This document shows, one piece after another, positions 39,201 to 50,949 of a stretch of 64,000 nt of DNA. Both the position numbers and the translations under genes were made by a program. The notes beneath the pieces were generated by a model. It was not told where the DNA came from. It was given only the letters and a program-made list of their open reading frames with translations, and made no database searches. This DNA comes from Eledone cirrhosa (taxonomy: Eukaryota): assembly GCA_964016885.1 (NCBI GenBank), contig CAXHJY010000397.1:62001-126000 (forward strand), written 5' to 3'. Within the stretch, counting starts at the first letter, position 1. Every line of letters begins with the position of its first letter.

Positions 39201-42200
39201 AGCTTAGGATAGCTTAGCTTAGCTTAGCTTAGGATAGCTTAGCTTAGCTTAGCTTAGGATAGCTTAGCTTAGCTTAGGATAGCTTAGCTTAGCTTAGCTT
39301 AGGATAGCTTAGCTTAGCTTAGCTTAGGACAGCTTAGCTTAGCTTAGCTTAGGATAGCTTAGCTTAGCTTAGGATAGCTTAGCTTAGCTTAGCTTAGGAT
39401 AGCTTAGCTTAGCTTAGCTTAGGATAGCTTAGCTTAGGATAGCTTAGCTTAGGATAGCTTAGCTTAGGTTAGCTTAGCTTAGCTTAGCTTAGGATAGCTT
39501 AGGATAGCTTAGCTTAGGATAGCTTAGCTTAGCTTAGCTTAGGATAGCTTAGCTTAGCTTAGCTTAGGATAGCTTAGCTTAGCTTAGCTTAGGATAGCTT
39601 AGCTTAGCTTAGCTTAGGATAGCTTAGGATAGCTTAGCTTAGCTTAGCTTAGGGTAGCTTAGCTTAGCTTAGCTTAGGATAGCTTAGCTTAGCTTAGGAT
39701 AGCTTAGCTTAGCTTAGCTTAGGATAGCTTAGCTTAGCTTAGCTTAGGATAGCTTAGCTTAGCTTAGCTTAGGATAGCTTAGGATAGCTTAGGATAGCTT
39801 AGCTTAGCTTAGCTTAGGATAGCTTAGCTTAGCTTAGCTTAGGATAGCTTAGCTTAGCTTAGCTTAGGATAGCTTAGCTTAGCTTAGGATAGCTTAGCTT
39901 AGCTTAGCTTAGGATAGCTTAGCTTAGCTTAGCTTAGGATAGCTTAGCTTAGGATAGCTTAGCTTAGCTTAGCTTAGGATAGCTTAGCTTAGCTTAGCTT
40001 AGGATAGCTTAGCTTAGCTTAGCTTAGGATAGCTTAGCTTAGCTTAGCTTAGGATAGCTTAGGATAGCTTAGGATAGCTTAGCTTAGCTTAGCTTAGGAT
40101 AGCTTAGCTTAGCTTAGCTTAGGATAGCTTAGCTTAGGATAGCTTAGGATTGCTTAGCTTAGCTTAGCTTAGGATAGCTTAGCTTAGCTTAGCTTAGGAT
40201 AGCTTAGCTTAGCTTAGGATAGCTTAGCTTAGCTTAGCTTAGGATAGCTTAGCTTAGCTTAGCTTAGGATAGCTTAGCTTAGCTTAGCTTAGGATAGCTT
40301 AGCTTAGCTTAGCTTAGGATAGCTTAGCTTAGCTTAGGATAGCTTAGCTTAGCTTAGCTTAGGATAGCTTAGCTTAGCTTAGCTTAGGATAGCTTAGCTT
40401 AGCTTAGCTTAGGATAGCTTAGCTTAGCTTAGCTTAGGATAGCTTAGCTTAGCTTAGCTTAGGATAGATTAGCTTAGCTTAGGATAGCTTAGCTTAGCTT
40501 AGCTTAGGAAAGCTTAGCTTAGCTTAGGATAGCTTAGCTTAGCTTAGCTTAGGAGAGCTTAGCTTAGCTTAGCTTAGGATAGCTTAGCTTAGCTTAGCTT
40601 AGGATAGCTTAGCTTAGCTTAGGTAGCTTAGCTTAGCTTAGCTTAGGATAGCTTAGCTTAGCTTAGCTTAGCTTAGGATAGCTTAGCTTAGCTTAGCTTA
40701 GGAGAGCTTAGCTTAGCTTAGCTTAGGATAGCTTAGGATAGCTTAGCTTAGGATAGCTTAGGATAGCTTACCTTAGGAGAGCTTAGCTTAGGATAGCTTA
40801 GCTTAGGATAGCTTAGGATAGCTTAGCTTAGGATAGCTTAGCTTAGGATAGCTTAGCTTAGGATAGCTTAGGATAGCTTAGCTTAGCTTAGGATAGCTTA
40901 GCTTAGCTTAGCTTAGCTTAGCTTAGGATAGCTTAGCTTAGGTTAGCTTAGCTTAGCTTAGCTTAGCTTAGGATAGCTTAGCTTAGGATAGCTTAGGATA
41001 GCTTAGGATAGCTTAGCTTAGGATAGCTTAGCTTAGGATAGCTTAGAATAGCTTAGCTTAGGATAGCTTAGGATAGCTTAGCTTAGGATAGCTTAGCTTA
41101 GGATAGCTTAGGATAGCTTAGCTTAGCTTAGCTTAGGATAGCTTAGATTAGCTTAGCTTAGGATAGCTTAGCTTAGCTTAGCTTAGGATAGCTTAGCTTA
41201 GCTTAGCTTAGCTTAGGATAGCTTAGCTTAGCTTAGGATAGCTTAGCTTAGCTTAGGATAGCTTAGCTTAGCTTAGCTTAGGATAGCTTAGCTTAGCTTA
41301 GCTTAGGATAGCTTAGCTTAGCTTAGCTTAGGATAGCTTAGCTTAGCTTAGCTTAGGATAGCTTAGCTTAGCTTAGCTTAGGATAGCTTAGCTTAGCTTA
41401 GCTTAGGATAGCTTAGCTTAGCTTAGCTCAGGATAGCTTAGCTTAGGATAGCTTATCTTAGCTTAGCTTAGGATAGCTTAGCTTAGCTTAGCTTAGGATA
41501 GCTTAGCTTAGCTTAGCTTAGGATAGCTTAGCTTAGCTTGGCTTAGGATAGCTTAGCTTAGCTTAGCTTAGGATAGCCTAGCTTAGCTTAGGATGGCTTA
41601 GCTTAGCTTAGCTTAGGATAGCTTAGCTTAGCTTAGCATAGGATAGCTTAGCTTAGTTTAGGATAGCTTAGCTTAGCTAAGCTTAGCTTAGGATAGCTTA
41701 GGATAGCTTAGCTTAGGATAGCTTAGGATAGCTTAGCTTAGGATAGCTTAGCTTAGGATAGCTTAGCTTAGGATAGCTTAGGATAGCTTAGCTTAGGATA
41801 GCTTAGGATAGCTTAGCTTAGGATAGCTTAGGATAGCTTAGCTTAGGATAGCTTAGCTTAGGATAGCTTAGGAAAGCTTAGCTTAGCTTAGCTTAGGATA
41901 GCTTAGCTTAGCTTAGCTTAGGATAGCTTAGCTTAGCTTAGCTTAGGATAGCTTAGGATAGCTTAGCTTAGGATAGCTTAGGATAGCTTAGATTAGGATA
42001 GCTTAGCTTAGGTTAGCTTAGCTTAGGATAGCTTAGGATAGCTTAGCTTAGGATAGCTTAGGATAGCTTAGCTTAGGATAGCTTAGCTTAGGATAGCTTA
42101 GGATAGCTTAGCTTAGCTTAGCTTAGGATAGCTTAGCTTAGCTTAGCTTAGGATAGCTTAGCTTAGCTTAGCTTAGCTTAGGATAGCTTAGCTTAGCTTA

Positions 42201-42500
42201 GCTTAGGATAGCTTAGGATAGCTTAGCTTAGGATAGTTTAGGATAGCTTAGGATAGCTTAGCTTAGGATAGCTTAGGATAGCTTAGCTTAGGATAGCTTA
42301 GCTTAGGATAGCTTAGCTTAGCTTAGCTTAGGATAGCTTAGCTTAGGATAGCTTAGGATAGCTTAGCTTAGGATAGCTTAGCTTAGGATAGCTTAGGATA
42401 GCTTAGCTTAGCTTAGCTTAGCTTAGCTTAGCTTAGGATAGCTTAGCTTAGCTTAGCTTAGGATAGCTTAGCTTAGCTTAGGATAGCTTAGCTTAGCTTA
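27250..42500 (+). repeat. About three consecutive shorter higher-order repeat copies (5.6-5.9 kb)
   Basis: GGATTG at 28607, 34504, 40151; GCTCAG at 29920, 35817, 41429; AGGGT at 27822, 34004, 39651; GCTGAG at 32479, 38126. Confidence 0.85.
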
Positions 42501-43299
42501 GCTTAGGTAGCTTAGCTTAGCTTAGCTTAGGATAGCTTAGCTTAGCTTAGCTTAGGATAGCTTAGCTTAGCTTAGCTTAGGATAGCTTAGCTTAGCTTAG
42601 CTTAGGATAGCTTAGCTTAGCTTAGCTTAGGATAGCTTAGCTTAGCTTAGCTTAGGTTAGCTTAGCTTAGGATAGCTTAGTTTAGGTTAGCTTAGCTTAG
42701 CTTAGCTTAGCATAGCTTAGGATAGCTTAGCTTAGGATAGCTTAGCTTAGCTTAGCTTAGGATAGCTTAGCTTAGCTTAGCTTAGGATAGCTTAGCTTAG
42801 CTTAGCTTAGGATAGCTTAGCTTAGGATAGCTTAGGATAGCTTAGCTTAGCTTAGCTTAGCTTAGCTTAGCTTAGGATAGCTTAGCTTAGCTTAGCTTAG
42901 GATAGCTTAGCTTAGCTTAGGATAGCTTAGCTTAGCTTAGCTTAGGTAGCTTAGCTTAGCTTAGCTTAGGATAGCTTAGCTTAGCTTAGCTTAGGATAGC
43001 TTAGCTTAGCTTAGCTTAGGATAGCTTAGCTTAGCTTAGCTTAGGATAGCTTAGCTTAGCTTAGCTTAGGATAGCTTAGCTTAGCTTAGCTTAGGTTAGC
43101 TTAGCTTAGGATAGCTTAGTTTAGGTTAGCTTAGCTTAGCTTAGCTTAGCATAGCTTAGGATAGCTTAGCTTAGGATAGCTTAGCTTAGCTTAGCTTAGG
43201 ATAGCTTAGCTTAGCTTAGCTTAGGATAGCTTAGCTTAGCTTAGCTTAGGATAGCTTAGCTTAGGATAGCTTAGGATAGCTTAGCTTAGCTTAGCTTAG

Positions 43300-46200
43300 G
43301 ATAGCTTAGCTTAGCTTAGCTTAGGATAGCTTAGCTTAGCTTAGGATAGCTTAGCTTAGCTTAGCTTAGGATAGCTTAGCTTAGCTTAGCTTAGGATAGC
43401 TTAGCTTAGCTTTGCTTAGGATAGCTTAGCTTAGCTTAGCTTAGGATAGCTTAGCTTAGCTTAGGATAGCTTAGCTTAGCTTAGCTTAGGATAGCTTAGC
43501 TTAGCTTAGCTTAGGATAGCTTAGCTTAGCTTAGCTTAGGATAGCTTAGCTTAGCTTAGCTTAGGATCGCTTAGCTTAGCTTAGCTTAGGATAGCTTAGC
43601 TTAGCTTAGGATAGCTTAGCTTAGCTTAGCTTAGGATAGCTTAGCTTAGCTTAGGATAGCTTAGGATAGCTTAGCTTAGGAGAGCTTAGCTTAGCTTAGC
43701 TTAGGATAGCTTAGCTTAGCTTAGCTTAGGATAGCTTAGCTTAACTTAGCTTAGGATAGCTTAGCTTAGCTTAGGATAGCTTAGCTTAGCTTAGCTTAGG
43801 ATAGCTTAGCTTAGCTTAGCTTAGGATAGCTTAGCTTAGCTTAGCTTAGGATAGCTTAGGATAGCTTAGCTTAGGATAGCTTAGGATAGCTTACCTTAGG
43901 AGAGCTTAGCTTAGGATAGCTTAGCTTAGGATAGCTTAGGATAGCTTAGCTTAGGATAGCTTAGCTTAGGATAGCTTAGCTTAGGATAGCTTAGGATAGC
44001 TTAGCTTAGCTTAGCTTAGGATAGCTTAGCTTAGCTTAGCTTAGGATAGCTTAGCTTAGCTTAGCTTAGGATAGCTTAGCTTAGCTTAGCTTAGGATAGC
44101 TTAGGATAGCTTAGCTTAGGATAGCTTAGGATAGCTTAGCTTAGGATAGCTTAGGATAGCTTAGCTTAGGATAGCTTAGCTTAGGATAGCTTAGCTTAGG
44201 ATAGCTTAGGATAGCTTAGCTTAGGATATCTTAGGATAGCTTAGCTTAGGATAGCTTAGCTTAGGATAGCTTAGGATAGCTTAGCTTAACTTAGCTTAGG
44301 ATAGCTTAGCTTAGCTTAGGATAGCTTAGCTTAGCTTAGCTTAGGATAGCTTAGCTTAGCTTAGCTTAGGATAGCTTAGGATAGCTTAGCTTAGGATAGC
44401 TTAGGATAGCTTAGCTTAGGATAGCTTAGGATAGCTTAGCTTAGGATAGCTTAGCTTAGGATAGCTTAGCTTAGGATAGTTTAGGATAGCTTAGCTTAGC
44501 TTAGCTTAGGATAGCTTAGGATAGCTTAGCTTAGGATAGCTTAGGATAGCTTAGCTTAGGATAGATTAGGATAGCTTAGCTTAGGATAGCTTAGGATAGC
44601 TTAGCTTAGGATAGCTTAGCTTAGGATAGCTTAGCTTAGCTTAGGATAGCTTAGCTTGGGATAGCTTAGGATAGCTTAGCTTAGGATAGCTTAGCTTAGG
44701 ATAGCTTAGGATAGCTTAGCTTAGCTTAGCTTAGGATAGCTTAGCTTAGCTTAGCTTAGGATAGCTTAGCTTAGCTTAGGATAGCTTAGCTTAGCTTAGC
44801 TTAGGATAGCTTAGCTTAGCTTAGCTTAGGATAGCTTAGCTTAGCTTAGCTTAGGATAGCTTAGCTTAGCTTAGCTTAGGATAGCTTAGCTTAGCTTAGC
44901 TTAGGATAGCTTAGCTTAGCTTAGCTTAGAATAGCTTAGCTTAGGATAGCTTAGCTTAGGATAGCTTAGCTTAGGATAGCTTAGGATAGCTTAGCTTAGG
45001 ATAGCTTAGGATAGCTTAGCTTAGGATAGCTTAGCTTAGCTTAGCTTAGGATAGCTTAGCTTAGCTTAGGATAGCTTAGCTTAGCTTAGCTTAGGATAGC
45101 TTAGCTTAGGATAGCTTAGGAAAGCTTAGCTTAGCTTAGCTTAGGACAGCTTAGCTTAGCTTAGCTTAGGATAGCTTAGCTTAGCTTAGGATAGCTTAGC
45201 TTAGCTTAGCTTAGGATAGCTTAGCTTAGCTTAGTTTAGGATAGCTTAGCTTAGCTTAGCTTAGGATAGCTTAGCTTAGCTTAGCTTAGGATAGCTTAGC
45301 TTAGCTTAGCTTAGGATAGCTTAGCTTAGGATAGCTTAGCTTAGCTTAGCTTAGGATAGCTTAGCTTAGCTTAGCTTAGGATAGCTTAGCTTAGGATAGC
45401 TTAGCTTAGCTTAGCTTAGGATAGCTTAGCATAGCTTAGCTTAGGATAGCTTAGCTTAGCTTAGCTTAGGATAGCTTAGCTTAGCTTAGCTTAGGATAGC
45501 TTAGCTTAGCTTAGCTTAGGATAGCTTAGCTTAGCTTAGCTTAGGATAGCTTAGCTTAGCTTAGCTTAGGATAGCTTAGCATAGCTTAGCTTAGGATAGC
45601 TTAGCTTAGCTTAGCTTAGGATAGCTTAGCTTAGCTTAGGATAGCTTAGCTTAGCTTGGCTTAGGTTAGCTTAGCTTAGCTTGGCTTAGGATAGCTTAGC
45701 TTAGCTTAGCTTAGCTTAGGATAGCTTAGCTTAGGATAGCTTAGGATAGCTTAGCTTAGCTTAGCTTAGGATAGCTTAGCTTAGTTTAGGATAGCTTAGC
45801 TTAGCTTAGCTTAGGATAGCTTAGGATAGCTTAGCTTGGGACAGCTTAGGATAGCTTAGCTTAGGATAGCTTAGGATAGCTTAGCTTAGGATAGCTTAGG
45901 ATAGCTTAGGTTAGGATAGCTTAGCTTAGGATAGCTTAGGATAGCTTAGCTTAGGATAGCTTAGGATAGCTTAGCTTAGAATAGCTTAGGATAGCTTAGC
46001 TTAGGATAGCTTAGCTTAGGATAGCTTAGGAAAGCTTAGCTTAGCTTAGCTTAGGATAGCTTAGCTTAGCTTAGCTTAGGATAGCTTAGCTTAGCTTAGC
46101 TTAGGATAGCTTAGGATAGCTTAGCTTAGGATAGCTTAGGATAGCTTAGCTTAGGATAGCTTAGCTTAGGATAGCTTAGCTTAGGATAGCTTAGGATAGC

Positions 46201-46300
46201 TTAGCTTAGGATAGCTTAGGATAGCTTAGCTTAGGATAGCTTAGCTTAGGATAGCTTAGGATAGCTTAGCTTAGCTTAGCTTAGGATAGCTTAGCTTAGC
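43300..46300 (+). repeat. Distinct SNV-rich ~3 kb block, duplicated at about 56.8-59.8 kb
   Basis: GATCGC 43568/57028, GGATATC 44229/57689, TTGGG 44658/58118 and TTGGG-ACAGC 45838/59298, all at offset 13,460. Confidence 0.92.
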
Positions 46301-46399
46301 TTAGGATAGCTTAGCTTAGCTTAGCTTAGCTTAGGATAGCTTAGCTTAGCTTAGCTTAGGATAGCTTAGCTTAGCTTAGGATAGCTTAGCTTAGCTTAG

Positions 46400-49300
46400 C
46401 TTAGGATAGCTTAGGATAGCTTAGCTTAGGATAGCTTAGGATAGCTTAGCTTAGGATAGCTTAGGATAGCTTAGGATAGCTTAGCTTAGCTTAGCTTAGG
46501 ATAGCTTAGCTTAGCTTAGCTTAGGATAGCTTAGCTTAGCTTAGCTTAGGATAGCTTAGCTTAGCTTAGGATAGCTTAGCTTAGCTTAGCTTAGGATAGC
46601 TTAGCTTAGCTTAGCTTAGGACAGCTTAGCTTAGCTTAGCTTAGGATAGCTTAGCTTAGCTTAGGATAGCTTAGCTTAGCTTAGCTTAGGATAGCTTAGC
46701 TTAGCTTAGCTTAGGATAGCTTTGCTTAGGATAGCTTAGCTTAGGATAGCTTAGCTTAGGTTAGCTTAGCTTAGCTTAGCTTAGGATAGCTTAGGATAGC
46801 TTAGCTTAGGATAGCTTAGCTTAGCTTAGCTTAGCATAGCTTAGCTTAGCTTAGCTTAGGATAGCTTAGCTTAGCTTAGCTTAGGATAGCTTAGCTTAGC
46901 TTAGCTTAGGATAGCTTAGCTTAGGATAGCTTAGGATAGCTTAGCTTAGCTTAGGATAGCTTAGCTTAGCTTAGCTTAGGATAGCTTAGCTTAGCTTAGG
47001 ATAGCTTAGCTTAGCTTAGCTTAGGATAGCTTAGCTTAGCTTAGCTTAGGATAGCTTAGCTTAGCTTAGCTTAGGATAGCTTAGGATAGCTTAGGATAGC
47101 TTAGCTTAGCTTAGCTTAGGATAGCTTAGCTTAGCTTAGCTTAGGATAGCTTAGCTTAGCTTAGCTTAGGATAGCTTAGCTTAGCTTAGGATAGCTTAGC
47201 TTAGCTTAGCTTAGGATAGCTTAGCTTAGCTTAGCTTAGGATAGCTTAGCTTAGCTTAGCTTAGGATAGATTAGCTTAGCTTAGGATAGCTTAGCTTAGC
47301 TTAGCTTAGGAAAGCTTAGCTTAGCTTAGGATAGCTTAGCTTTGCTTAGCTTAGGATAGCTTAGGATAGCTTAGCTTAGGATAGCTTAGGATAGCTTAGC
47401 TTAGGATAGCTTAGGATAGCTTAGGTTAGGATAGCTTAGTTTAGGATAGCTTAGGATAGCTTAGCTTAGGATAGCTTAGGATAGCTTAGCTTAGGATAGC
47501 TTAGGATAGCTTAGCTTAGGATAGCTTAGCTTAGGATAGCTTAGGAAAGCTTAGCTTAGCTTAGCTTAGGATAGCTTAGCTTAGCTTAGCTTAGGATAGC
47601 TTAGCTTAGCTTAGCTTAGGATAGCTTAGGATAGCTTAGCTTAGGATAGCTTAGGATAGCTTAGCTTAGGATAGCTTAGCTTATGATAGCTTAGGATAGC
47701 TTAGCTTAGGATAGCTTAGGATAGCTTAGCTTAGGATAGCTTAGCTTAGGATAGCTTAGGATAGCTTAGCTTAGCTTAGCTTAGGATAGCTTAGCTTAGC
47801 TTAGCTTAGGATAGCTTAGCTTAGCTTAGCTTAGGATAGCTTAGCTTAGCTTAGGATAGCTTAGGATAGCTTAGCTTAGGATAGCTTAGGATAGCTTAGC
47901 TTAGGATAGCTTAGGATAGCTTAGCTTAGGATAGCTTAGGATAGCTTAGCTTAGGATAGCTTAGCTTAGGATAGCTTAGCTTAGCTTAGCTTAGGATAGC
48001 TTAGCTTAGGATAGCTTAGGATAGCTTAGCTTAGGATAGCTTAGCTTAGGATAGCTTAGGATAGCTTAGCTTAGCTTAGCTTAGGATAGCTTAGCTTAGC
48101 TTAGCTTAGGATAGCTTAGCTTAGCTTAGCTTAGGATAGCTTAGCTTAGCTTAGCTTAGGATAGCTTAGGATAGCTTAGCTTAGCTTAGCTTAGCTTAGG
48201 ATAGCTTAGCTTAGCTTAGCTTAGGATAGCTTAGCTTAGCTTAGCTTAGGATAGCTTAGCTTAGCTTAGCTTAGGATAGCTTAGCTTAGATTAGCTTAGG
48301 ATAGCTTAGCTTAGCTTAGCTTAGGATAGCTTAGGTTAGCTTAGGATAGCTTAGCTTAGGATAGCTTAGCTTAGGATAGCTTAGCTTAGGTTAGCTTAGC
48401 TTAGCTTAGGATAGCTTAGGATAGCTTAGCTTAGGATAGCTTAGCTTAGCTTAGGATAGCTTAGCTTAGCTTAGGATAGCTTAGCTTAGCTTAGCTTAGC
48501 TTAGGATAGCTTAGCTTAGGATAGCTTAGGATAGCTTAGCTTAGCTTAGGATAGCTTAGCTTAGCTTAGCTTAGGATAGCTTAGCTTAGCTTAGCTTAGG
48601 ATAGCTTAGGATAGCTTAGCTTAGCTTAGCTTAGGATAGCTTAGCTTAGCTTAGCTTAGGATAGCTTAGCTTAGCTTAGCTTAGGATAGCTTAGCTTAGC
48701 TTAGGATAGCTTAGCTTAGCTTAGCTTAGGATAGCTTAGCTTAGCTTAGCTTAGGATAGCTTAGCTTAGCTTAGGATAGCTTAGCTTAGCTTAGCTTAGG
48801 ATAGCTTAGCTTAGCTTAGCTTAGGATAGCTTAGCTTAGCTTAGCTTAGGATAGCTTAGCTTAGCTTAGCTTAGGATAGCTTAGCTTAGCTTAGGATAGC
48901 TTAGCTTAGCTTAGGATAGCTTAGCTTAGCTTAGCTTAGCTTAGCTTAGGATAGCTTAGCTTAGCTTAGCTTAGGATAGCTTAGCTTAGCTTAGCTTAGG
49001 ATAGCTTAGCTTAGCTTAGCTTAGGATAGCTTAGCTTAGCTTAGGATAGCTTAGCTTAGCTTAGCTTAGGATAGCTTAGCTTAGCTGAGCTTAGGATAGC
49101 TTAGGATAGCTTAGCTTAGGATAGCTTAGGATAGCTTACCTTAGGAGAGCTTAGCTTAGGAAAGCTTAGCTTAGGATAGCTTAGGATAGCTTAGCTTAGG
49201 ATAGCTTAGCTTAGGATAGCTTAGCTTAGGATAGCTTAGGATAGCTTAGCTTAGCTTAGCTTAGGATAGCTTAGCTTAGCTTAGCTTAGGATAGCTTAGC

Positions 49301-49420
49301 TTAGCTTAGCTTAGGATAGATTAGCTTAGCTTAGGATAGCTTAGCTTAGCTTAGCTTAGGAAAGCTTAGCTTAGCTTAGGATAGCTTAGTTTAGCTTAGC
49401 TTAGGAGAGCTTAGCTTAGC
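46400..49420 (+). repeat. Distant copy of the segment at about 1.3-4.3 kb
   Basis: AGCAT 1692/46835, GCTTTGC 2200/47343, TTAGGTTAGG 2278/47421 and TTATGAT 2541/47684, all at offset 45,143. Confidence 0.9.
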
Positions 49421-49940
49421 TTAGCTTAGGATAGCTTAGGATAGCTTAGCTTAGGATAGCTTAGGATAGCTTAGGATAGCTTAGCTTAGCTTAGCTTAGC
49501 TTAGCTTAGGATAGCTTAGCTTAGCTTAGCTTAGGATAGCTTAGCTTAGCTTAGCTTAGGATAGCTTAGCTTAGCTTAGCTTAGGATAGCTTAGCTTAGC
49601 TTAGGATAGCTTAGCTTAGCTTAGCTTAGGATAGCTTAGCTTAGCTGAGCTTAGGATAGCTTAGGATAGCTTAGCTTAGGATAGCTTAGGATAGCTTACC
49701 TTAGGAGAGCTTAGCTTAGGAAAGCTTAGCTTAGGATAGCTTAGGATAGCTTAGCTTAGGATAGCTTAGCTTAGGATAGCTTAGCTTAGGATAGCTTAGG
49801 ATAGCTTAGCTTAGCTTAGCTTAGGATAGCTTAGCTTAGCTTAGCTTAGGATAGCTTAGCTTAGCTTAGCTTAGGATAGATTAGCTTAGCTTAGGATAGC
49901 TTAGCTTAGCTTAGCTTAGGAAAGCTTAGCTTAGCTTAGG
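48900..49940 (+). repeat. 560-bp tandem duplication
   Basis: GCTGAG 49087/49647 and ACCTT-AGGAG 49138/49698; the following AGGAA and AGATT variants are also repeated. Confidence 0.85.
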
Positions 49941-50949
49941 ATAGCTTAGCTTAGCTTAGCTTAGGTAGCTTAGCTTAGCTTAGCTTAGGATAGCTTAGCT
50001 TAGCTTAGCTTAGCTTAGGATAGCTTAGCTTAGCTTAGCTTAGGAGAGCTTAGCTTAGCTTAGCTTAGGATAGCTTAGGATAGCTTAGCTTAGGATAGCT
50101 TAGGATAGCTTACCTTAGGAGAGCTTAGCTTAGGATAGCTTAGCTTAGGATAGCTTAGGATAGCTTAGCTTAGGATAGCTTAGCTTAGGATAGCTTAGCT
50201 TAGGATAGCTTAGGATAGCTTAGCTTAGCTTAGCTTAGGATAGCTTAGCTTAGCTTAGCTTAGGATAGCTTAGCTTAGGTTAGCTTAGCTTAGCTTAGCT
50301 TAGCTTAGGATAGCTTAGCTTAGGATAGCTTAGGATAGCTTAGCTTAGGATAGCTTAGGATAGCTTAGCTTAGGAGAGCTTAGCTTAGGATAGCTTAGGA
50401 TAGCTTAGCTTAGGATAGCTTAGGATAGCTTCGCTTAGGATAGCTTAGCTTAGGATAGCTTAGGATAGCTTAGCTTAGCTTAGGATAGCTTAGCTTAGCT
50501 TAGCTTAGGATAGCTTAGCTTAGCTTAGCTTAGGATAGCTTAGCTTAGCTTAGCTTAGGATAGCTTAGGATAGCTTAGCTTAGGATAGCTTAGGATAGCT
50601 TAGCTTAGGATAGCTTAGGATAGCTTAGGATAGCTTAGCTTAGCTTAGCTTAGGATAGCTTAGCTTAGCTTAGCTTAGGATAGCTTAGCTTAGCTTAGCT
50701 TAGGATAGCTTAGCTTAGCTTAGGATAGCTTAGCTTAGCTTAGCTTAGGATAGCTTAGCTTAGCTTAGCTTAGGACAGCTTAGCTTAGCTTAGCTTAGGA
50801 TAGCTTAGCTTAGCTTAGGATAGCTTAGCTTAGCTTAGCTTAGGATAGCTTAGCTTAGCTTAGCTTAGGATAGCTTAGCTTAGGATAGCTTAGCTTAGGA
50901 TAGCTTAGCTTAGGTTAGCTTAGCTTAGCTTAGCTTAGGATAGCTTAGG

